From contig NC_092680.1 in NCBI RefSeq assembly GCF_964355755.1, positions 15,695,045 to 15,759,044 on the forward strand: DNA of 64,000 bases, in the 5' to 3' direction. The notes beneath the pieces were generated by a model that was not told where the DNA came from, searched no databases, and saw nothing but the letters and a program-made list of their open reading frames with translations. The translations under genes and the position numbers were made by a program. Of this stretch, positions 15,001 to 25,943 are shown piece after piece (positions within the stretch are counted from its first letter, which is position 1; each line of letters starts with the position of its first letter). This stretch comes from Antedon mediterranea. Lineage: Eukaryota; Animalia; Echinodermata.

Positions 15001-17621
15001 AAAGCACTTTGTGGTGTTTATATTGGAAACGTATTTTTCATTATAAGATTACAACAATCGGGTTTCCCAATAACCATAGACATGTGTTTCATCTTTTTTT
15101 GTTTATAGTTTTGCTAGCTTAACTTAACCCTTCATTGCCCTCGTGCAATTTAAGAGGGGTGAAGTTTAATGCACACCGTGCAGGAGGGATAATGTGCTGT
15201 GTGGTAGTTTTTCTATCGGCGTGTTTGAAGCAATGCTACTGGGTCAGTCGAATATTTTATATAATTATTTTGATTGTATATGTTACAAGGTCATATAGAT
15301 GTCCATGTGATAGTGCATGAAATCGGACACTAAACGTTGCTGGATACATGATTTTGTAGCAATGGTGTATGAGATGATGATGCGTCGCTAGGCCTATAAC
15401 TTGGGAAGATAAGTTCCACTTATTTTATATCCATTTGTAATTACTACAAAAATGGACATTTTCGATGCAAAAAAACTATAATATTTAATTGTAACCACTA
15501 AACTACAGTAATAAGTGACATAAGGCCTAAATTTAGCAAGGAAAACTTCGTCGTAATTTATTTTAAATGTTTTTTTATTGGTTATGTTGTAACTATTAGG
15601 CCTATATGAAAGACAGGTAAGGTAGATGGAATATTGACCAATATGCCATAATTTAGAAGGGTAAGCATCCGCCCTTGTGTGGCCCATCACTATAATGTTT
15701 ACTTAAAGTGACAATGATCTATGAGCAAGAATAAATTATGCTATTTTTTTTTTCAATTCGCCTCAAATAAATAAAGAATCTTTAATTTACTTGAACAATT
15801 TATGTAATGTTAATTTTATGTAACATTGGGCCTACACATATTTCGTTTCGCTTGGTGCATTCCCATTAAGAACGTCTAAATACCTTCTTTCACGAACAAT
15901 ATTTTAGATTACATTTAATATACATTAAGAAACATTGGAGAAGGTTGCGTATAATCAAATATCGCACTTAACTTTCAATTAGGCCGAGATGTCCGATATG
16001 GACAGTGAAAGCTTGCAATTGGACCTCATGGTTTAGAATATTGAACCAAATTTGATCTGAATATAAATATCGGCATGTTAAATCCCATTGTAGAGATTAT
16101 GAAAATCATAATTAAATTAAAATACAACAATTTTTTCCAAACGATTGAACTTAAAGGTTTGACTAAACCCATGGGAACTATTCACAATAGTAATATCACA
16201 ATATGATTGAAACTTTAAAATGTATCTCATAGAGTTAGCAAATTGAATAGCTTTTAATAAACCTATAAATATACCACCACATCGTCATTACCACCATTTA
16301 AATTGAAGGACATTACCGACATATTAAATATACTTGAAAAAAAAGCGGCTATGAAAGTGAAAAGAAACATTTAAACTTGCATCGATAAAAATCAGTAACT
16401 TAAAATTGTGTTTGACAATTTAAATTCTTAACATTGTTATTATCTTCGTCATTGTTATCATTATCATCTTTATCGTGTTAATCACAAACGTTTCGTTTAT
16501 CTATTATTTGATCCATGCCAATTAACATTTCATATTGTTTTTAAATCTTTTCTAAACAGATTCTAATCGAATATGAGTAATAAATAAAGTAATAATTAAT
16601 CAAATGATTTAGAAAAATGATTTTTCGACGATATTGAAATACTCACCAAGGGACACTGTGACCCAATAACTTTGGAAATTGAATTTATGGTCAAACTATT
16701 ATTATCTGAAATCTGATACCGTATCATTGCAACAAAGCAGTTATCAAATCATTTTAGGTTGCTACCGACCAATGTATAGGAGCAACATTCTCCGATTAGG
16801 AACTTTCAACCGTAATTCACTTGACAAAAGTTATCGTTAATATCAAAGAATAATTGTTTTATCTTCAACCGCGAAAACAAAAATATCGTTTTTAACATTA
16901 TGTTTGAATAACAACATTTGAAAATATCACATTGCTTAGTGTTATGAAAACTATTCGATACTAAATCGGATATAAATATTCAAATCTTTGTTGATGGATT
17001 CAAACATGTACTACAAATGGAGAGAGGCATTATATACCAATAGATACAAGTTTTGGTCCTCTCTCCTTCATCTTTTTTTGTAATGTATATACCATATGGA
17101 CAATTGTCTGAAATAAAAGGTGAATTGAATTGAATTGAAATTGAAAATACATTAATTTGTTTTCGGTACACATAGTAAAATACACTAAAGATTGAAATAT
17201 ATTATTATAATAATTTTGCTATTTATCTATGTTTTATCATTTATATTGTTTTTAAACTTTATTTTCAATTCATATATATTTATATGGATTGTAATAAATT
17301 ATCTTATCATCTAACCATCTAGTGTAGGATGACATTTTTATTGTGCCATTATATAACAGAATGATTTGAAAGTTATACACACAAAAAAAAAACCACTGAC
17401 CTCTCTTTTAATCCAGCAATTTTGGCGATTTCTTCTGATGTTTTCGGTTTACTTAGTCCTGTCATAACTTTGAAGAGACCTGTTTCTGAGCCTAGGCTGA
17501 TAGCAATTGTTACGGCTGCACCGTTGATCATGCCCATAAGGCGCTGTGCAAACTCCATAGGGCCTTCTTGCATCCCATTGTTATTCATATTCATATTCTT
17601 TATTTTCATATCCATCTCCAT
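5454..17621 (-). CDS. SAM-dependent methyltransferase, Rv2258c-like (whole gene, 4 coding exons, 371 aa)
   Basis: join(17621-17401,14142-13940,7552-7430,6022-5454) = 1116 nt. All introns are GT-AG with matching phases (2,1,1). The N-terminal part (ISLGSETGLF...TSEEIAKIAGLKERYVREWL) resembles the winged-helix region of Rv2258c-like enzymes. SAM motif I (LDVGCGRG), GIDIS, FDYVTSFDAIHDM, LKPGG and the family C-terminus (SLMHCMAVSL..GAGLGIMWG) are all present. Confidence 0.93.
6784..6974. mobile_element. Palindromic Harbinger-type MITE family B (methyltransferase intron 3)
   Basis: TIR AGGGTCTTTCACACCTGTTCCGGCACG...CGTGCCGGAACAGGTGTGAAAGACCCT, flanked by TAA and TTA. Confidence 0.85.
7430..7552 (-). 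CDS. Rv2258c-like methyltransferase exon 3
   Basis: Polypyrimidine tract plus TTTAG| acceptor, GVSYSRYGKFHHLMDF...VPGMLDIL, G|GTAAGT donor; 123 nt, phase 1-1. The ORF track shows a different frame here. Confidence 0.9.
13940..14142 (-). CDS. Rv2258c-like methyltransferase exon 2
   Basis: TTATTCAG| acceptor, YVREWLASMVVSRIV...CFQLDGPN, G|GTAAGC donor; 203 nt. Confidence 0.93.
17401..17621 (-). CDS. Rv2258c-like methyltransferase exon 1
   Basis: ATG at 17621 to AG|GTCAGT donor, encoding MEMDMKIK...IAGLKER. Several in-frame Met codons make the exact start uncertain. Confidence 0.88.
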
Positions 17622-17723
17622 CTTGAAAAATTTCTACCAAATAAAAATACACCAACAATTAATCCAGAGTTCGTTCAGCTGTTACGAAAAAATCGCTTTG
17701 TAAAACGATCGTGGGTAAATTTG

Positions 17724-17731
17724 TATTTATA
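17724..17731 (-). promoter_or_regulatory. Candidate TATA box of the methyltransferase gene
   Basis: TATAAATA on the minus strand about 100 bp upstream of the ATG. Confidence 0.45.
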
Positions 17732-20700
17732 ATACTTGGTGTAATGTGTAGTTTGAAAAAAAAAACACTTGACAACAAGTTTGGGTTTCACGACTTGCTC
17801 TAAGGGTAGCAAAGTTATCAAATGCTTGTAATAGCGAATAATCGACTTTTAATTCCTTGTTAGAGGATCGTCCATCATAATGACATTTCCTGAGCTCTAT
17901 TCAAGTATTAAGCATCCCCAGTATTTCAAATGGAATAGGCAGGGTAAAAAGTACCGCCTACTTATTTGATTGGCAGACGAGTTATTCACGTGGTTTCTGC
18001 CTGTATTGATACTACTATTTTCTAGTGGGGACAATTTCGTGTGGAGGTGTTAATCTCCCAACGGAACAATTTATTCTTAAGGGAGGTATAGTCAGTATGA
18101 TATTGATATAATTAGCTACTGTCCAACCGATATGGGCAAAATGCCAAGTGACCATATAACTTCCATTGATCAAAAGAAGATATATATCAGCTATTTAAAT
18201 AAACTTAATAATTATACATAATAACTCGAAAAATGTATGCGAGAACTGTTTCGTATTACCATATCAATTTGTCTAGACACGTGATAAGTACTCCATTGAG
18301 ACGAATCAACGTTCAACTACTTATGAGATCATAACTATTTATCAGGCTTTACATAAACTTGGTAATGTTAATATGGAAGGGGGTGGGGGAGGTTATATAA
18401 GTACATACTTAAAACTGTTATGAGTGTCTATGCGAAATTGCAATACTCTGTGAAAGGAATCTAATAGAAAAAATACATTTAACGTATGTATACGGGAAAC
18501 ATGTTTAAATCTAAAATCAAAGGAATGTATGGTTAACAATAGCTAAACGCGTCACTAATCTAAACACAACACCCTAAAAACGTGTATTACTTGATACTAC
18601 TGTAATATACACTTCATTACTTAGAGAGGGTCCTCATCTTTTCTTTGGATACTTTTACACAGGTATGCTATTAAACATGTACCGTTAAACATGGTCACCT
18701 CGTGTCAATATGACATGATTGCTTGCTTGTTGTTTCTATTCAACTTTTTAGTGACATCCTCGACAGAAAGAACTCTATTCGTGATTACCAAACGCGTATT
18801 GCTGGCTGCGCTCAACACAATCCCATTGAAAACAGTATTTTTTTCAAAAAGTGATATCCTTTAACTAGGACTACTATCGACGGTTTTACGCTTCATGTCT
18901 GTGTATAATAAATACACACCTTCTGCAACCCAATGCGAAATGTCACCAAATAACATTCAATCATTGACATCAATTTACATCCAACAGCGAGTTATTTTTA
19001 CTATGTTTATCCTCGATTTAGTAGTTAAGTTGAATATTACGATCATTATAAATTTGTTCACACGCATTACAAAAAAAAAGAAGCTACCGTAATACAACGC
19101 AGTGATAACCGAAATGAGGGAGGCTTAGGTAGTGGTCTTAATGTATGCCTACAAATTTCCAAAACCTTACGTATAATTATGCGATTATTATTATATATCT
19201 ATTGTTGCCACTGCTGCGGTTGCGCTCAACACAATACCATTGAAAACATTTTTTTTTTTTTTAACGTGCTATCCCCTTAACTTAGGACTATACTCTCGAG
19301 AACTTCTAGAAATTGTAACGGGTTCTTTGTTTTGTTTTTGTTTTGCACGATGCCACTTTCAGTCAGACCATTGAATGAAGGTCATCGTGATGTTTTACTA
19401 TACGATTGGTTATTTTTTACTCCTCATTATATTATTTAAAAATGTTAGATAAAGGGCCATATGAGCAATTTCATGATTGTAAATGTGATTTTCCACAAAA
19501 TTAAGGATTGTAATTGTTTATCAAGAGAATCGATGCAGTATATCGAGGAGCAACATTTCAAGATCAGTACTGTCCATCAAAACACTGTCTACCATGTCAA
19601 ACTGTATGTGAAAAAAACTGATGTGTATGGACATGATGATGTCATATCACCACCGTGCTTGGGCATATCACTACCAAAATTGGGCACATGACACTGGTTG
19701 TTGAGTAGACAGAACTTAACATACAAATTAGATAATGAAAAAACATGAAGCTAGTTGTATCAAAAAGCCTGATGAATATTATAAAAAAAAAACAACTCTA
19801 ATTCAAGTATTTAAAGTTTTGTTATACGAACAAAATTAAATATGTTTAAAATTATCTTTGCAATAGCAAATTATTACGTAAATACAATGAACTCTAGACT
19901 GCGGTATCCGTTTAACGTTTAATCTCAATATTCCCCTTCATGGTCAAGGATCCACATTTTTTTATGTAACTATAGTCCAATACCTTCTATGTTTCTTTTT
20001 TTTTAAGGAGAACAAACGAACACTTTCTGAATAGTATCGTAATTTAAATCAACTTGATAAGTAGGCCTAGTTGGTAACGTCCTTTTATTGTGAGTGTCAA
20101 TGACATTTTTCTAACCATCTTTCTTTTAATTTTTATCAATTTATGTTTCATTGCGTATTATTCTAAATTAATTGAATTAACTATTATGTATTATTCATAT
20201 TTTTCTTTAAATTGACTTAATCGAATTTAATATGTACAACTGATAGAATAATACGTCCCTTAATTGTGAATATTTAATGAAATCTTTAAACAAAATATAT
20301 AGCCCTATACACGTAATGTAGGCCTACATACGGGAAACATGTTTTAATCTAGATGCGCGCATCCGATCAAACTATATAGGGCTTCGGGGAAAGTCTTGCT
20401 CTGCCAAAAAACATTTGGAAATATAAAAACAAAGAAATGTGTGTAGTTGTAAACGCGTTACCAATAACACAACACACTATAGATTAAATTTGTTTAGAGA
20501 TAAACGCGTCAATAAACACGGGGCAAACCTACTTCTTCTAACACAACAGCACTACGGTATAATTTCTAGGAATTCGCCTCTTTATATTTAATATTATATG
20601 TAATATACTTTTCTTTAAAAATCAGAAATAAATGTTTCAATTGAAATAAGATTATTTATTTATTTTGTTTCCTTTATAAAAAAAGTACATTGGTAATTAT

Positions 20701-21856
20701 AAAATAGAATACTAATGATTTAAATATCAATTATTAATATACAAAATAAAAATCTTTCTCAGAACATAAAATAGTAGGCCTATAGGCACAAAAAACGACT
20801 ATAACAATTTTAACAAGTTTCTTACAGAAAATCAATTGAACTTACAGTACAGATGCTATATTGTTGCTAAGGTTTTGCTGAGTCAATCCGTTTGGCTTTT
20901 TACCGTTTAAATAACTAATTCAATTTATACTTTCATTTGTAATGATTTAATAATCCGTATCAACAAGGTGACGCGTGTGATTGGTGTATTTTTAGCGCCA
21001 ATCGTTGACGAAACAGCTATGTATTTGGTTCTAAACGTCATAATGTTAATACCGTTAATACAATGAACGTAACCATAGTTAAATCGAACGTCTGGGAACA
21101 TTTTCAGATCCTTGTATTGTGGAAACCATCAGTAAAACCACCATCCCACCCGCCTCACAACGAAGCATCTAAAGTACGACGGATGGTAGGCTAGAGTGTG
21201 GTAACTTTTTTTTTTTCATTTGTCTCATTTTTAAGATAAACTTCATTGCGTAATTTTACGTGTTTTAAAATTAATTAAACGCGGTTTCTTTGTACATTAA
21301 ACTTTAATAATACTGCATTGTTAATCTAGATTTGAATGTAAACAACAACAACAACAACAACAACCACGATTAACATTAATATCATTATAGTGCAAAACAT
21401 AATATTATTAACGGAAGTAGACCTAAGGGATTAATCCAAAACGGATTGTAGAGAAGCATCATATGTAATAGTGTAGATACTACTTAAATATCGTTATTAA
21501 ATAAGGATTATTGTGAGATAAACCAAGATTATATCGAGGTCAAAGTTGATATAAAAACGATTAACCGTGTTTGTGGTTCACCATGACATTGCAGCAAATA
21601 AATTTCACTGAAATTCCTTTTATTAAACTGACTCATATTATACAAAACGTAGTATTAGTTATTTAAAATGATTAAATATAAATAATAAATAAATCGGAAG
21701 GAAAGAGGCCCCAACTTTAGTTTTCCAGGATAACAATAACCAGATATTCATGCCACCAAAGTCATGAAAACGCTCCATATAAAATGCAAGTTCCAATTCT
21801 GATTTTAAGTCAGAGAGGTGCTAAAAAGATACATTTATTATTACAATTAATATTAA

Positions 21857-22006
21857 AGCTTGGTTCCCACTAGAACGTAACGCAAGGACGTAAACGCAAC
21901 GCAAGCGTTTTAACCAATGACAAGCGAATAAGCCATCGCTTGTGATTGGTCAATTCACTTGCGTTGCGTTACGTCCTTGCGTTGCGTCGCTAGTGAGAAC
22001 CACGCT
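21857..22006. mobile_element. MITE family A copy 4 (central deletion)
   Basis: Same TIRs with a TAA TSD. Lacks the central ~30 bp between the two ACAAGCGAA repeats. Confidence 0.85.
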
Positions 22007-22886
22007 TAACGCAGGTTTTGAACAAACCATGCCATTGCATAATCTTTTTAATTTGATAATGCCTCGAAGTAATAATTATTCTGACGCTTATTTTTGTACG
22101 CATCCGTGTGCGCGCACAACATCACAATAGATAATTTCTTTTGTATGTCATTGTCTTTCGTTTTAATATAGGCCTATTGATGTAAAACACTTAAATTAGT
22201 AATTCAACAAGATTCAATTAGATTAGTGTATAACTTTAAACTTTTAGTTCATCTGAGAAATTGTCTAATTGAAGAAACTAATGTCCTAATAGAGAGTAAT
22301 TGTAAACGATTATAAATAATTTAATTTAAAAATCCAAAACACAAAGCATCGTTTTGTTACAAAGAATCAGTTCGTTATAATGCACTGACATTAATGATGT
22401 TAAAGGTACCGGTACTTTGTAATTTTTCGACAATCTGGCTTTATGACAGACATTTGGTTAAAAATCAATATTGCAAAGATTTTTACTCGGGGTACCCGAG
22501 TCTAGGACTTACTCATTTCTCCTCCTCCATCTGGACACTATTGAGTTAAAAAAGCGATTTGTAAAGTACTACTCCTCCCTTATTCGTTGTAGTATGGAGC
22601 TGGGATTTGGCATGAACATACTACAGGGACATGTCCTCGAAGCTATAGTGCCAGATTTTTAAATTTCAAACCGGATGCAGCCATATCACGTCTAAAAAAT
22701 GGACCGTATAGCCGTATTTGGTAGCGAGGTTGATGTGTATGTGACGTCACATCCCGTCTTATGACGTCATTAGAGCTTCTTTTGCTGTACCCCGAGTATT
22801 GCACATTCGTGCTTGCTTTTTGCATGGTTATAGTTATTTAAAATTTTCTATTATGACGGCAATGATTTGGTTATAGGCCTACCACA

Positions 22887-23079
22887 AGGGCCTTTCACAC
22901 CTGCTCCGGCACGGTTCCGGTCCGGCGACGGCAAATCCAATCGAACGTCAATGTTTCGTTTTTACGCGGCTACGTGCATATCGATTGGTGCTTGGCCGCG
23001 TGGAGCGTCGTGAAAACGAAACATTGGCGTTCGATTCGCCGGACCGCAACCATGCCGGAACAGTGGTGTGAAAGGCCCT
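22887..23079. mobile_element. MITE family B copy 2 (opposite orientation)
   Basis: AGGGCCTTTCACACCTG...GGTGTGAAAGGCCCT; the body is homologous to 6784-6974. Confidence 0.82.
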
Positions 23080-25903
23080 TAACAATATATTAAAATGTAA
23101 TAATCGTATAGAAATAATGCATTTTAAAATTCATAAATAGAACAGAATAAATAATTTTAACATATTATATTATTATACTAAATATGTTTAAACAAATAAT
23201 TCAAGTACATTTTCTTTGACAGCGCGCGTACAAAAGTCGTACATGATTTCATCATCATTTACACGCGCTGTGCATACTCCTCCGTTATGTCATTTACCTC
23301 TAAGGGTATCAAGTCACATCCTCTTTATGAACCAGTAGGCCTACGTACCACAATACAATTTATGATGTTTAATTTTGCAGGTTTACTCATAGTTAAACTA
23401 ATGATTATTGTGCGTGTTTTGTTTGTGTGTGAATGTCTCAACTCACCACAATATCCCTGTCCCATACAATTTGTCAACAATTTGTTTGCCATTTCAGATT
23501 TATTTTTACCCAAAACGTTTTCATTACCTACGCTGTGGAAATTTTTCTTTATGTGGGTGGGTGTTTAATTGTGGTTTTTAAAGATTACTCTGTACACCTA
23601 TAGAGGGTTTAAAAGGTATCCGAATGATTAGTTTTTCAGATTGTGTTCCGAGAATTTTAAATATAACCCTGGTAGATCTTTGTTGAAGCCCGCTAAATTA
23701 AGTAAGCTTTCATATAATACTTTGGATTATTGTCATTGAAGACATAGACTCAAAATCCGCCTGCTGAGAGAACGTATTGAACACCTAAAAGTGACTTCCC
23801 CGTGGGATTCAACAATCGTATTCACCATTAACACTTAGGCTTTACAAAAAGTTAAGTTATGAATTATCCACTTGATGTTTATTAGGCCTAACTTAAGTTA
23901 AAACGGCCAATGTATTTTGAAAGCAGCGCAAACGACCAAATATATAATGTTTAGAAATCGTATTATTAGAAAGATTGATTCATATCCAAATAACATTCTT
24001 ATAATAGGCCTATTCCGTTCTGTTTTTAATAGTTAGAACCTCCGGGAAAATTCTGGTTTGCAGAGAGTTTTCGTTCTATAAATGTCGGCATGGATGTAAG
24101 ATATTTAGTCAACTCTCCAATATACCGAGACAGTGGGCATGGCCTCCTATAGGCCTAATACCACCATTCTAGTATTTTGAATGTCTTTTTAACTGTTTAA
24201 AAAGAAGCTGGGACCTTCTGGAATCTCAAGTAAAGTTCTTTGAGGGAGAGTTTTTAGTTTTTGTTACGTTCTTAAGATGTCGACATGGTTGACCTTTCCA
24301 AATACGGTGACACTTGGCCCGAACTTTGGCATCTGGTTTTCCATACCATACATTATTCCCGCAATGTATTTTAAATGGTTAAAAAAAAGTTTGGGACCCT
24401 TTTTACCTTATGGGAAAGTCTGGTTTGAGAGAGTTTTTAGTTTCATTCTTTATACTGTACAACCTGAAGGAGGAAAAATGATAATACGACAATTAGAAAG
24501 TTGCTGGACTTGACCTTCGACGACAAAAGTGTTGTGAATTAGATTAGCCGTTTCTGTTATACAGGTACAATAGAAAGTATGCATATTTTCTTATTATTTA
24601 TTCTATCATGATTTTGAAAGTACAAATCGCGTTAAATATGTGATGGTTACGGTCAATGCCCGAGAAAAATGGCAACCAATTGACTATGTATTAAATCAAA
24701 CTCTATTCCCAAATCTTAATTATTTGCCGTGTAAAAGTTCAGAAAGGTTTGAAAAATCTTCAAGTATCCTTATTCACCTTGTGTTGGTAATTAACCTCTT
24801 TGCTGTTACTTTTAATTACCAATGTACAAATAATTATTCCATGATGCCGGTACTACTTGTGTCAAAGGTGAACAATGAATCAAGCGAAATTTGCTTATTC
24901 TATCGGCGTTATATTGAAAAATTGACATGTCAACTTATTTATCATAAACCCATTGCGTGGGTATTGTACTAGTAACATGACTTTATAGACAAACATAAAT
25001 TGATGTGATGGGTATAAGTGTAAACCACGAGTTGCTTCCTTAAAACTTGTATTATGTTTAACGACTTCCTGACATAACGGCGACCCCTGCAGATTGTTAT
25101 AATTTACAGTATATTGAAAACATCTTTTCTTAAATTAATGCTATATTTCAGATTATTTTAAGTGTAAACAAAATTTATTTAATATTAAATATTACTATAA
25201 AACAAGAGTAGAGGTGGCGGTACGTTGAATCATTTTACATAATTTTTTTTGTTGGGTGACCAGTTAAATTTAAAAACTGGTGCTCATGACCGGAAATGAC
25301 CCGCATGTACCTTAGTTTGCAAATATTAGGCTACATATAAAAATGTGTTATCATAAATTGTTGTTTAGGCACAAGTCTTGCACGGTCTTATATAAAAAAA
25401 AATGTTTTAAAGTGTAAGGGATACTAGGACTGATAAAAATGATAATTTAATTTAATTTATTTATAAGTAAAGCTAAATAATTGTAACATTTTTACTGAAC
25501 TTTTTGTGGGTTGCCGTTTTTGGAAAAGTGCCTTTAGTTTTGAGAACCATTTTCTCTGAATTTGTTGGATGAATGGCTTTGATTGAAATGAAAACACCAG
25601 TTTAGTAAATGAAAATCGTTGTTGTTTAAAACATTATTTTTAATAATAAGAAACGTTTTTGCAAATTTTATTTTAACCGTTAGGGTATTTATTAGCAAAT
25701 AAGAACTTTCGTTTGAAATTTTAATGTATTGATTTGTATTATTTTACATTTTTTGGTTTGTTTTGCTAGGCCTCTATAATTTATCGTTGCACGAAACTTG
25801 AACGGAATTGTACTGCGACTAGATGCTTTGGAACCCGCCAAACATAGGTTGAGAGCTAAGGCCTAGCCTGAACTCAATTTATTTAGTACTGTTGGTGTTG
25901 AGT

Positions 25904-25943
25904 ATGGATAGATTTTCTGGGTTTCTATTTGACTCCGGTAAAG
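25904..25943 (+). CDS. BORCS8: BORCS8 putative coding exon 1
   Basis: ATG..MDRFSGFLFDSGK, strong AAG|GTAAGA donor, phase 1 matches the next exon. No homology support. Confidence 0.65.

Noticed and set aside
16647-16705. 59-nt cassette exon in methyltransferase intron 1 (CAG...|GTGAGT)
   Set aside because: It would shift the frame, its pyrimidine tract is weak, and exons 1 and 2 already join correctly.
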